Part shown: one piece after another, positions 39,641 through 53,276 of the stretch
Position numbering within the stretch: the first letter of the stretch is position 1
Layout: each line of letters begins with the position of its first letter
From: Eledone cirrhosa
Taxonomy: Eukaryota
Assembly: GCA_964016885.1 (NCBI GenBank)
Contig: OZ024740.1
Span: forward strand, 384,214,001 to 384,278,000
DNA length: 64,000 nt
Direction: 5' to 3'
Made by a program: the position numbers and the translations under genes
The notes under the pieces: model-generated
Told to the model about the DNA's origin: nothing
What the model saw: only the letters and a program-made list of their open reading frames with translations
The model's database searches: none

Positions 39641-39697
<57 letters not shown>

Positions 39698-39704
39698 CAT
39701 AAAT

Positions 39705-39840
39705 AGAGACCAAACAACTAGAGGGGACAGTTAGTTAATTATTAAGAAAAGGTAGGAAATTAATGTTTTTATTTTTTCCGGACTGACTCATGACTACCTT
39801 AATGATTAACTTAACTGTCCTCTCTAGTTGCTTGGGCTGT
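39705..39840. repeat. Imperfect inverted repeat (about 40-bp arms) of a dispersed repeat also seen at 26835-27000, 39945-40080 and 40330-40430
   Basis: CCAAACAACTAGAGGGGACAGTTAGTTAATTATTAAG vs CTTAATGATTAACTTAACTGTCCTCTCTAGTTGCTTGG. Confidence 0.65.
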
Positions 39841-40846
39841 ATTTTAATAATTTAAAAGAACACCAAGGACTGATATATGTACGGAAGTGTGAACTGGGGA
39901 ACGGAAATGACGAGCAACGGGCATATCCATTCCAAGTCGTATGACCCTGTCCACTCTAGTTGATTGGTCAAACTTAAATTATTGAGTGTGTGTAGAGACG
40001 ACCGAGGCCATGTCATTTACATCTGAGTCATTTACAATCCTAGGCGACAAACCTCCATCTAAATTGTGTGGTGTACTAGATGTGCGGTGTACTAGCTAGC
40101 TAAACAAATGTTTCTATTGCAGGGCGGTTACATTCCGCCGAGGAAGCACTTCCTTGCCAAATTATATAATGTATCATAACATTACCTAATTTCTGCGAAT
40201 AATGTTTCCAGTAGGACTACCGTTGGCAGATTGGAGTTATGAACACTGATGCTTTAGTCCTGTGTCGGTTAGGGGAAATGAAAACTTCAAATTGGTATCT
40301 ACGCGCTGTCGGTATTTTAACTGACCATACCACTTGTTGGGTTTGTGTTTTAATAATACACACTTAATTAAATAATTGAATGAGAAACGACCAAAGCTAT
40401 GTCAATTACATCTAGCTAGATTTCGTTCCATAGTTACATGTATATATATATATATATACATACATATAGGAAATGAGTCAGGACCGTTTCGACAGCTGTC
40501 GGGCTCTTGACTCTTTTCCTATATATATAAACTTATGAATAAGAAGCTTATGCCTTGTAACTTTTGACGAGAGGAATATGCATGTAGAATATTTGTTTCA
40601 TTTTGTTATTTGTTTTGTAAATTCTTGATGTGAAATAGTGGCTTGGAACAGATATGGTTTTAATATGAAATATAATCCATCAATCAGCTGATTAATCAAC
40701 CAGTCAACTAATTAATTGTCAAAGCTCTTTCATCACACAATCTGTGACCATATCAGTGATTTTTGCCTTGTGTTTGTTTCAGTCTTGACCTCTTCTTTTC
40801 CTTCTATTTCTCTTTCTCTTTGTGTGTACAGTATATGTCTCTATTT

Positions 40847-41115
<269 letters not shown>

Positions 41116-41374
41116 CAACAGAGAAAGAGACAGAGAGAAAGTTATTACTGTATTCTCATTCTTATTGCTGCTGTTATTTGTATTACTATCACGGTATATA
41201 TTTACGCCACTATACGTTCTCTGTTCAAATATCACAGGAATCAACTACTCTTTTAATATTTCTGTGTTTGATAAATAAATTAGCAGTGAATCACTGCGGT
41301 CTGTTTCATCACCGTTTCCCTTCCCCACAATTTGCTGAGCTAGTGGCTCAAGTAGAAATCATTATTATTACTAC

Positions 41375-41562
41375 TTGGCAGTATCGGTAGAGGGTTGGAC
41401 GCCATCCTTTACAACATAGAGTTACGGCCCTTTATGATCTCAGTTCAAATCCCGCCGAGGTTAACTTTGCCTTTCATCCTTACGGGGTCGATGAAATAAA
41501 GTACCAGTAATGTACTGGGTATGTCCTGGCCTTGTGTCAAATGTAGAAAAAATTATTATTAT
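41375..41562 (+). mobile_element. SINE, near full length
   Basis: TTGGCAGTATCGGTAGAG, AGTTCAAATCCCGCCGAGG, core and tail. Confidence 0.85.
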
Positions 41563-41899
41563 TAGATTCTTTATGTTCTGAGTTCAACATCCCGTCGCAA
41601 TAATGTTTTAAGTCCCTCCTTCCCAATTAATGTACCAATAACATATTGAGACCTATCAAAGTGAATTTCTATCCCTGCAATTTGTTGCCTTTGTACCTAA
41701 ATTAAAAAACCATGTCTGTACGTGAGTGTGTGTGTCTGTATTTTACTTTATCCGGAAATCTCTGTGTTCATACCTCCCTTCCTATATACTGGCATTCTCC
41801 CACTAACATTCATATATGTTTAAGTACATATGTGCCCGTGTAGTATATACCCATCCCCATCCATGCACTAACCTATATACAAACACACACACACACATG

Positions 41900-41953
<54 letters not shown>

Positions 41954-42533
41954 TATATAAAATTTAATGTAGAAATGGTTTCTAGAAGTCTATGACTATT
42001 TCATTCAAAAGAAATCATTAGGGTCTTTCCCGATGATTCCCTTCAAATGAAAAAAACTCTTCTAGTCCTGTAGAAGCCATATCTATATTATATATATACT
42101 TTACAATGTATTGAGTACCTTACTTACTGTGGTTAGGCCCGATTGAACCCGGATCTCATTCATATATATATATATATATATACATACATATGTCTATCCA
42201 TATATACAAACATATGTATATGCCTATGTATACTTACGGGCATATATTTTTACATCCATGCAACTGTATACTCTCGTGATCATCTCTATACGCATAGTCT
42301 AACAGCAATACTACGATGCTATTTCTATGTGTGGAAATTATTTGGTACATGCAGCATTAAATTTGGAAAAACAATTATGATTATTTTACCTATGTAGCTT
42401 TCCTGATGATATATATAGTTGCACAAATATATTCATAATATTAAACTTCATAAAACAGGTCACACTCTAGTATATTTATATAGGTGCGTACATAAAAACA
42501 AAACAAAAACACACTCGTATATTTATATATATA

Positions 42534-42960
42534 TAAAATAATTAAGTCAAATATTTTAAGTTTGGCTTCGTTTATTAAGATGTGCTGCTATATATATTTC
42601 GGTGACAGCCATCATTGGCTGTGACCTCTTTAGGCAGTGCGAATTGATGTGGTAGAGACAGGTAGACATGTTGTTGAAGTGTTTTACTCCGTCAATACTC
42701 CGATATGTCGGGCTCCTGGTTGGGTTGTTATTTCTCTGTGGAACTGGAATTCCTCAGAGAAATAACAACCCAACCAGGAGCCCGACATATCGGACTATTG
42801 ACGGAGTAAAACACTTCAATAACATGTCTATCTGTCTCTACCACATCAATTCGGACTGCCTAAAGAGGTCACAGCCAATGATGGCTGTCACCGAAATATA
42901 TATAGCAGCACATTTTTAATAAACGAAGCCAAACTTTAAATATTTGACTTAATTATTTTA
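42534..42960. mobile_element. Near-perfect palindrome (about 210-bp arms); tails-out pLTR pair with hammerhead-like motifs
   Basis: Arms are reverse complements around a short loop at about 42744-42749. Confidence 0.88.
42856..42908 (+). ncRNA. Hammerhead-like motif with G5A core (mirror copy 42585-42637, minus)
   Basis: CTGC CTAAAGA GGTCACAGCCA ATGA TGGCTGTCACC GAAA TATATA TA GCAG. Confidence 0.65.
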
Positions 42961-43053
42961 CATTTCTCCGGAGTAACCAAACCAATCTGCGTACTTCGTC
43001 GAGTGCTCCAATCTGCTACTGTGGTGTCGGTAAATAACAAACATATACTCAAA

Positions 43054-43238
<185 letters not shown>

Positions 43239-44398
43239 TGTGGGTGAGTGTGGGTGAGTGTGTGTATGTTTGAGTGTGTATGAGTGTGAGAGTGTGCGCC
43301 TGTTGTTGTGTATATATATAAGTATGTGAGTATATTTACAAAAAAAAACGCTCAATATTAGAAATGTTTTGGTGGAGTGTAATTTAGTGGAAATTATCCG
43401 AAGTTTGAAAAACACAGGGATAATGCAATCTGCAAAATAGGCACGTCGCTATGTAACACGGCTATCAATCCTACTAAACCTGATTTTCGAAGAAAAGTAT
43501 TTTGGGACACCAAGAAGGATGAAAACCCATAGACGTTAAATGAGTGAAATAGCTTGGGCGCGTCATATTCCATCAAAATACTGTATGTGTATATATACAT
43601 TTGTGCATGCACAATAAATGTTATCGCAATACATATGGGAGAAGGATGCTTTTAACAAAAACCTGCAATATTTGTAGTTTCCAAGCCATTTTGCTTTGAT
43701 TTTGCTTGCTTATAGTTCAAATGATTTTAAATAAGTTAGAGAATAGAATTTGCCATATTATTAAAAATTTACATATTTTTCTCCTATTTTTTTCTTCCAC
43801 TACAAATATAGACTCGAGCAATTTTAAACCAAAAAGAAACTATGGACTTTTCATTTAAGCAATCGGGATATCACGTACGTTTGCTACAATGAAATGCCAT
43901 CGTATTTGATGAGCCGTCAGTTATATCTATTTTGCGCGTGTGTGTCTAAGTCGATGTGTATGTATACTTGTTTACAGCTAAAACTATTTAAAATAGTCTT
44001 GAATAAATTCAGCTATATTTACTTGTAAATTATTAATTTCCTTATAGTATTGAGTACGTTATAATTCTCATTATCTGTTTGTACTATTATGTACAAAATA
44101 TGTTTATGAGGATGGAACCCCGGTCTAATTCGAGCCTCTGACATATTCAACCAAACTTAACGTCAGCCTTGAAAAAAGGAATGTGTAAGTGGTTGAGCAT
44201 TCTACAGAATTCTGAAGGGAAATGTGAGACAACGCTTCACTTTTAAATTATAGGTAAAATGTACCACAGGGTCTTCTACACAATCTCGATCGAACACAAT
44301 TCTCCCCCCAAGCTTGGTTTGACCCTATATTAACATAAATACACTGGCTCACAATGTTATGTAAGGGGATGGAACCCGAGAAGCATGAATTTGTCCAT

Positions 44399-44462
<64 letters not shown>

Positions 44463-45979
44463 TATATATCTAGGGAATGTAACTTGGAGTTACTGTAGGT
44501 TCACCCGGCTGGGCACTCGATGTTTAGGTTCCCTTCTGTGTCGAGGTGTAGAGCTATACAGAGTGTATAGCATTTTAAAGGGTCCGTCGAGCTGCCGATT
44601 ATAGAGTCGGGTAAGATCGATACAGATCGATACAGATCGAACCTTGAGCTGATCAGTGGCGAAACGCGCGTCACCTACCAATAAATATAATGAAGGAGTA
44701 ACCAATCGTCCTTGTTATCTTTTCAATATATGCATATATATATATGCCGAATATTACTAGAGTGAACTAAACTACTCCTGGTAGGGTTAACCTTGATCCC
44801 GGGATAGACCCGGCGAATCCTAACATCCTTGGGGATCTTCTGAAATTTCCTGTGACCGGCCAATCCGGCCGATCCGTCGGATATCACGCATGCGTTAAAC
44901 TGGTGCTGACCCAATTAAGCAACTGCAGATAACCTGACTCATGTCCGCTTAGGAATACATGCCCGGTAAAAAATCTAGTTTACCAGTGTAAGTTCACTGC
45001 CATCTACTCGACGTATACATACATAGGAGCTGCGCCGATTAGCTTCAAGTATATATGGTACAATCACCGGCACTTCTTTAATATGATAGATAACGGAAAA
45101 GAGACGATCCTTTCGGAACCGATGCTGACGCTTAAGTTAAATAAGACCCTGTACTCGTGGAGTGGTCCAAGCTTTGAAAGTAGCCCCAATATGGAGGTGT
45201 CTCCTGCATCAGTACTCCCTAAATATACTCATCGGGGAAGCGAAAATAATTAACTGGAGAACTAATTACTTTAGGGCTTGTTTGCACATGAGAACGGAAA
45301 CTTTCATCTAGATGTATGAAATTAACCCTATCTCCTAGAGCTTTAGGTGAACCATATCCGCCTGCAGTTGCTTACATAGTATCTATCACTACTTACTTCA
45401 TGGAACCATTCCAGTAAGACTAGTATCTTGTCCATCTATATTAGTTTATAATACCTGTAAACGCAGATTAATGATAGAATAGACACTCGTATCTTCAGCG
45501 ATTGTGCAACAAACAATGAGGTAAATTCTAACCTAGAGACTTCTACTAGATTCTTATACATATACTCTTCAGAAGGCAGAGCTACATGTATACTTCATCG
45601 AATGCTTTATCCTGCGTACACTAATGACCTTGTGATACATGGCGTTTTAACTGCAATGAGAACTGGTGCTTGCCGTTGATACTCTGTTCATATTTATCAA
45701 ATCGTCATCACGAAAATTCTCCAGCTGTAGAACAGTTAGAAAACAATCTGCATCCTCTTTCCCAACACTGGCACCTCATTGATTATATTGTATTGCGTTA
45801 GAGTGATCTGTAAGACATCTTCCACTCAGAGTGATGCCCAGTTCGCAATATCACACTGATCATTGTCTCGTACGTGGCAAAATGAAGCTCAACATTTTAG
45901 CCAAATCAAATAAAGGAGGGGACTCAGAAAATGTTCAGGTTTAGTAATTTCATGTCAGCTGAAATGAAAGTTAACTTCC

Positions 45980-46770
45980 AGGCAACCCTTCAGTCCAGGC
46001 TTGAAGATGCAATTATTCCCACAGACCCCTCTCCAGAACACTTTGAGAACCTCTGAAAACTACCATTCTGCAGTCAGCTGGGTAGGTTCTTGTGTTCACC
46101 TCAAAGAGAAACAAAGACTGGTTTGGGAGAAACAACCTGGCAATTCAATTATTGCTGGTGAAGAAGGGATCCAGCCACCAGTCTCACGTAGCTTCACCAT
46201 CCTGTCCTGTGAGAAAAGCTGCATTTCTCCTCGTATGTAGTAACCTCTAGTATAAGCTTTGAGAGATGCAGAACAGAAGGTGGAGTAACATTTCTGAGAG
46301 AACTCAGCTGAGAAATAAAGGGCTGCCACGAACCGTTAATAGTGGGGAATGGCCCTACATATCAGGTTCATAGTCCTTTGTGCAATGCAGACGGTCATGG
46401 ACTCAGCTTAAACGGTTGATCAGAACATTTCCAAGCCCTCTTAAGATCGGAGGTACTCCAACAGCCTACACCTCAGCAAGACAGCCACCCCTCACTCGAT
46501 TCCCCTTTGCCGTGACTAAACTGAAAACAGTCCATTGTTTAGCCTACCTGTGGTGTATCATCAAATCAGATGCTATGATCGCGAGGCAAATAGACTAAAG
46601 ACTGGCAAAGATGAACAATATCAACATCAACCATGATGTCTCCTCCTTCGAAAATACCAGTAGAACCATCCTCACGGACAGAAGACACAGGAAGAAAAAC
46701 CACAAAACTAAGGCAATAAACCATGATCAGATCTTCGGCTAAAGCCGCTGTAGGTGTGCCCACCTGTTCC
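45980..46770 (+). mobile_element. Highly degenerate RTE-like LINE remnant
   Basis: LKTVHCLAYLWCIIKSDAMIARQID*RLAK resembles the RTE motif FxYLGSxIxxDxxIDxEIxxRLAK. Confidence 0.5.
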
Positions 46771-46890
46771 GCAATTACGGAATATATATATATATATATA
46801 TAACCAAAGATTTATATAGTTCGTTGATTACTCAAAGAATAGTGGAATTGAATAATGAAAACCGTAGCGGTATGTCACATATCAAATCAT

Positions 46891-46955
46891 ATATTTTCTC
46901 TGATGAAAACGTACTTAAACACCATTGTACCTTTGAAATATGTATAATAAAATAT
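46891..46955 (+). ncRNA. Type I hammerhead ribozyme, relative of 13827-13897
   Basis: ATATTTTCT CTGATGA AAACGTAC...GTACCTTT GAAA TATGTA TA ATAAAATAT. Confidence 0.7.
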
Positions 46956-47014
46956 ATATTTTCATTATGACAATATTTTTCATTTATTAACATTTTTAAT
47001 AATATATATACATA

Positions 47015-47167
<153 letters not shown>

Positions 47168-47609
47168 CATTCATACATACATCAATTTCAACAATGAATG
47201 TTCCAATTGTTTGATCAATGGAGTGTTCTTCTTATGAAATTAATATCCAGCTGGCTGAGTATTCCATCAATAATGGTATCATTAATATAATTCTCTGAGA
47301 GATTCAGCATGGCATTGTGGCGGGAAGCTGGCTATTTGAATTTTAGGTCCAGTCAAACCTGTAGGCATCCAAGCAGTTTCTGTCTCCCAAATTACATTTA
47401 CAAAGTTTCATTTGACCGAAAGCTATAGCTAAGATTCCATCCAGTGAGATTGAACTTGGACATTGTGATTGGAAAGGAAACTTCTTGACTATTCAACAAG
47501 GCTGTATAAATGCCTACACATATACATACAACCACATATACATATATGCACCTATACATATACATACATCCACATATGCATACACATCCATATTCATATA
47601 CATTTATAC

Positions 47610-48063
47610 ATGGTGGCTGCCAACTCGTTTTCGAGTACGGCCACTACTTTATATCCATGTAGGAGAACCCGTACCGATGCGCTGAACGAGTGTGACTTTT
47701 TAGTCCAGCCAGCGACTTGAAAACCCTGGTGCAAACACTACATTTGTGACAATTATTGACACATAGTGCTGGGCCCATGGTACCATGTGACTACAAGTGC
47801 AGAGAGATCTCCAGATCTAAAGCAATGCCTGTGCCGTGAAGCTTTTATAGTGAGCAAAGGCACTGCACAAAGCCAGTCCCACTCTCTTAACCAAGATGAT
47901 ATTTACCAAAAAGAAGAACAAGTCAACATCATTGGATACCATCAGGGTTGCAGGTGTTATATCAGAGTTTTCCTTCTCCTAGAATTCTGCCTTGACAAAG
48001 GCTAAGGGGTCATCTCTCCCGGTGACTTTATATGGCCACTGACTCTTAAGAGCTCCTTTGCCC
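47610..48063 (-). mobile_element. RTE-derived non-autonomous element, truncated copy of 728-1336
   Basis: High direct identity to 728-1180. Confidence 0.8.
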
Positions 48064-48104
48064 TTAATATATACATACATATATACATACATGCATGCAT
48101 AAAT

Positions 48105-48390
48105 ACATAGTAAAAAGATGTAAAACATTCCAGAAATTCTGCATCTAATAACTGCATATACACATGTACAGATACAAAGCATATGCACATGCACACATAC
48201 AACTCAAAACATACACATCTACATATACAATAACATCCATACCTGCACACACATGCATGCATGCAGACATGCAGACATATCTACCTAGTTGATGTAGTGT
48301 AAATTCCAATGAGAGAGTCTTGTAACTATGTTAGAAACCGAATCACTCTCTATTGGCAAAAATTTGTGAAATTATAAAACCAGAAGAACA
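48105..48390 (+). mobile_element. 3' end of R4/Dong-like family 2
   Basis: Matches 6780-7020; followed by CATA repeats. Confidence 0.7.
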
Positions 48391-48401
48391 TACATACATA
48401 C

Positions 48402-49034
48402 ATGATGATGGCTGGCCCCTCGTTATCGAGTATGGCCATTGCACGATATAACATTATTAATAATTATCAATTAATGCTAACGTGCAATGCTTGTGGGTGA
48501 AGATCTTTTTTTAAGTGAGGAAAGACTGTGCACTGGGCCAATCCCACTCTCTGAGCAACAGTAGCTATAACCCGAAAAAAAGAAAAGAACAATATCATCG
48601 GTAACTACTGGGCCGCAGGTTTTATGCCGGAGTTATCCCAGTTTCCTGAGTTGCCTTCTCCTAGAATAATGCCCTGACAAAGGTTAGCGGTACTTCACTC
48701 CCAATGGTTTAACCACGCGATCGGGCAACCAGCCCGATTATTACAGAGTCCACGAGCATATATATATATACATATATATGTACAAGAATATACATATATA
48801 TATACACACATATATACATATGTATATACATATTTACACAAATTTGGATGGCCGTTGCCTCTTATGTGTTCTTTCGGCTTTTGTCAGGTTTTGCTTTTTG
48901 TCCTGTAGGGTGTCCAAAATCACCCTCCTCACCAAGTAAACTTAGTACGGTTGCCCGTTTAGTCGCCGATGACACGACCATGCGACAGTTTGTACTGGGT
49001 TACATGTTACCAGTAGCACTGAAGAGTGACCCGA
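48402..49034 (-). mobile_element. RTE-derived non-autonomous element, interrupted by a TA-rich tract
   Basis: Shared terminus with 1200-1336 and 23430-23568. Confidence 0.6.
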
Positions 49035-49106
49035 AATACATACATACATACGTACATACATACATACATACATACATACATACATACATACATACATACA
49101 TACATA

Positions 49107-49860
49107 CCTGCACCTTCAAAATTTGCAAAATATTCTTGCGATTCAAGGGATGACGATTTCTTTTCTTTTACAACCTTGCCACCAGGAAGGTGGCCGGTCA
49201 AACTTATACTCGAAATTAAGAGAAAGAGATAAAGATACATACATACATACATGTATACATACATACATACAAAACAAAGATCGAAGATGTAAGCCACATT
49301 GTTGCCAGCTGCGAAAGAATGTCACCTCGCTACTACCTCCCCACGAGACACGATGGGATAGCTATCTGGAACGCACTTCGGAAAACAAAATTAAAAACAA
49401 ACGCGGAAGAACATATTGAGACAGATGTCACTAAAAAATACTCGTGGAACCTGAAAATAAAAACTGCCACCAAATTAAAGCACAACTGGCCTGATTTTGT
49501 TGTTTGGGACCACACATTGAAAACGTGTTCTGTTGTGGAAATCAGCTGCCCAGGAGAAGGAGGACATCTGCGGACCATTGATGAGGAGTTTACAAATCCA
49601 GTATCCAAGATACACCTTTAGCTTCATACCCATCATTATTGGAGCTACGGGTTATATACCAACCCGCTTGGACCAATGTATAACTGAACTAGGATATGCG
49701 GATAAAGAGCGCAGCACCCTAATTCATAGTCTACAAATGGCTACGATAGCTGGCACCTTCAAAATTCGCAAAACATTATGCGATTCAAGGGATGACAATT
49801 TCTTTTCTTTTACAACCTTGCCACCAGGAAATATACTCGAAATTAAGAGAAATAGATAAA
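49107..49860 (+). mobile_element. Two 5'-truncated copies of R4/Dong-like family 1 (49107-49233 and 49270-49860) in (CATA)n
   Basis: Match 5430-5556 and 4915-5556. Confidence 0.85.
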
Positions 49861-49864
49861 TATA

Positions 49865-51265
49865 CAGTGCTCAGTAAAAAAATTGGTTCACAATGTGTTT
49901 GCTGTGCCTGTCCTAACACCAACGTTGGGAATACTCGATTAGACGATAGACGAAATCCGAGCAATTAATGTTAAAACACGAAAGATTCTAAACAAAACCC
50001 GAAACCTCCACATCAACAGTGACATAGACTGGCTCTACTTGAAACGTAAGCAGGGCGGGGGGCAGAGGCCTAACATCGGTCCAGACAACATTTAAGTGTC
50101 GCATCATATCCCTCCGACCTCATTTACAAACCTCGAATGGAAGGTGTCCATCTACTGGGAAAGTCTGTTTGCATGAGGCAGATAAGATTATGAGAGTTGG
50201 GAAAGAACTTCTTCAATGATACTCCCTACATGATAATCAAAAGCTCACACGCAGGGAAATTCCCCAGAAATAGCGCAGCGAATCCGTGTATGAAAAAATG
50301 CATCCTTATCAGCAAAACATCAAGCATGGGTATGTTGCCAGTAACATCCGGATGTTAAGAGGAATATAGATAAGCAAATAGTCTATCTTGGACCAACAAC
50401 CGCTATATTGACTCCCACTTGGAGGTATGTCCTTTTGCTATCCAAGAACAGGAAATCAACACAAAATACCTGATTCACTAAAGAGATATGGATGCAGGAT
50501 AAACACTTAGATGCGATAATATGTGCAGACCTAACAGAATTAAAATCGAAAATCTCACCCAAGTTATAAGTAGCTGTCCAAAGATGTCATCGCGGAACTA
50601 TCTACTTATGAGGCAGGATGTAGTGACTGTACAATGCAATCCGTAGAAAGGATAACCCCCGACAATAAACACATTACAATCTACAGCAACGTGGAAGATA
50701 TACCTACACATAATATGAAAGAGTACTGGTGGAATGTTCCAGTAAAAATCCCAATAAAATGCAGGCATAACAGACCAGATATAGTGATATGGGACAAGGA
50801 AAAGAAGGCATACATAGTAGTGGAATTTAGCTGCCCAGCATATGCCAATATAATATCAAAGATTAGCGAAAAGGAGAATATCTAAGCAGAACTACCGAGA
50901 AATCTACAAATACTCCACCCTGATTATACCTTCAAATTTATGCCCATGATTATTGGGGCACTGGGATATGTTAGTAACTGCCTCAATACAAATATTGAGA
51001 AGCAGAAAGTACACCAGTAGTACACAAGTAGTACACAAGTAGTTAGTAAATATATGTAAAACATTCCAAAAATGTTGCATCTAATAACTGCACATATACT
51101 AAGCATATACATATGCACACATACAACTCAAAACATACACATCAACACATCCATATCTACACATTGCATGCAGGCATGCATACATATATACCTAGTCTTG
51201 TGTCTATGTTAGAAACCGACTCTCTCTCTATTGGCAAAAATTAGTGAAATTATAAAATCAGAAGT
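49865..51265 (+). mobile_element. 5'-truncated R4/Dong-like family 2
   Basis: EYWWNVPVKIPIKCRHNRPDIVIWD..VEFSCP; homologous to 5620-7020. Confidence 0.83.
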
Positions 51266-51277
51266 ACATACATACAT

Positions 51278-51337
<60 letters not shown>

Positions 51338-51791
51338 ACCTACATACATACGTACATAATACTTACATACATACATACATATATACATATATACATACAT
51401 AAGGACAGACTTTCGTATACATGTGCGAGACAACGTAGAGGTTGGTTTTCAGGCAATAAAATCAACATCGTTCGATCTATCCATTTATATATCACAATAT
51501 AATATACATGTATATATTTGTTGGAGTGTCTTTGGTATGTATTTGTGGGTGCGTTTGTTCATGTGTAATATATGAGATTAGATTATAGGAATATATCTAA
51601 TAAACGGGGTCGGATTTAGAAAATATATTTGTGATTTTAGAAACTTGAAGAGATTAAGTGTGGCATAAAAATATTTATAGCGGGGAGAATCTAGGTCCTA
51701 TCCGCTAGAAAGAATGAAAAAAGACAAAAAATGGTCGACATTGAACAGATAAATCCTACACATATTTCTACAAAGTGTTCTGAATATTAAC

Positions 51792-51848
<57 letters not shown>

Positions 51849-52001
51849 GTGACCTATCTATCTATTTATGTACTTACCTATATATGTATCTACCTATCTA
51901 GCAATCTACTGTGTATCTCTATAGCAAGCTGTCTGTCTGGATGTCAATCTATCCGTCCATTTATCTATTCATCTATCTATATCTAACTATATGTCTGTCT
52001 G

Positions 52002-52072
<71 letters not shown>
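51792..52072. repeat. (TATC)n microsatellite tracts
   Basis: Direct inspection. Confidence 0.9.
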
Positions 52073-52558
52073 GTAGTATGGTCTGTAGTATCTACCCATC
52101 TATCTACCTAATATATCTACATAACTGCTCTGTCTACCTACCAACGTGTCTATGTATTTGTCTGTCTTGCTTTCTAATTTTCTAGAGCTTTCTATGTAGC
52201 TATAACAACAACTACGCCAAATTCCAGTAACACGTCGAAGAATATTATATACATAGGTCAAACGAAGTCAACGGAATGTAATGGTAATATTTTAGATAAT
52301 TATTATGGAAAAATACGTAGGCTGATTGATGTAATGCGAATTCAAAATCAAATGGGGTGATCGTAGAGTGACACAAGGGAACTTAAGGATTCAAGCATAG
52401 GATGTTGTAATAAAGGAATTATTGATTTAATTATATTACAATAAATCCCGTTATGTATGACGGATACTATGCTAGTATATATATATATATATAAATATAT
52501 ATATATATGACAAGTAAGTATGTTTTGAAACAGTGAGCAGGTTTGAAATTAGGAAATA

Positions 52559-52600
52559 GAATAGCTTTCACCGTATATATATATACGGTGAAAGCTATTC
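52559..52600. repeat. Perfect 42-bp palindrome
   Basis: GAATAGCTTTCACCGTATATATATATACGGTGAAAGCTATTC. Confidence 0.9.
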
Positions 52601-52684
52601 AAGAAATTTTTAGCCTGATAATGGGGTTTAGAACCCTCAGATAAATGGAAAAAGATGAGTATTGACGTATTGAGTATATCTATA

Positions 52685-52757
<73 letters not shown>

Positions 52758-53224
52758 GTGTGTATAGTATATATGGAAAAATTAGGTTTTAAATATTTTT
52801 TTACTCCTTTAAACATTTCAGCTTTGTATATATATTTTTACCTTTGTTATAAATACAAATATGTGTGTATGTATATATATATATATATGTGCGGGGGGGG
52901 GGGGGGGGGGGTATGTGTGTGTGTGGTCTATTATACTTTGTGCACAGTCGTATGTATACACACTTTCTGCACTTTATTTCATAGAATTATTTTCATTATT
53001 GTTCAGGTATCGAAATGCCATGAGACGTAATGTATCGCCAGAAAATTTCTAAATGTTATGCTTCTATTATACTAATTTCTATTTTCCTGCTCCACTCTTA
53101 CTCTCTCTTTTCTTTCTGTCTATGTATCTCTCATTTTGTTTATTATCTAACATCGTCCTTTCTAACTGGTTCAGTCTCACTCACTTCTCTCTCTTTCCTT
53201 CAATGTCGACCTATTTATTTTCTC

Positions 53225-53276
<52 letters not shown>

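Larger units (their letters stand above)
33268..39645. repeat. Tandem array of 466(-468)-bp units, each with a hammerhead ribozyme (non-LTR retrozyme-like); orientation inverts at about 34563
   Basis: About 2.8 units in one orientation plus about 10.9 in the other; near-identical units; (TA)n on both sides. Confidence 0.93.

Noticed and set aside
33268-39645. CRISPR-like array
   Set aside because: Whole units are near-identical, there are no unique spacers or cas genes, and the context is eukaryotic
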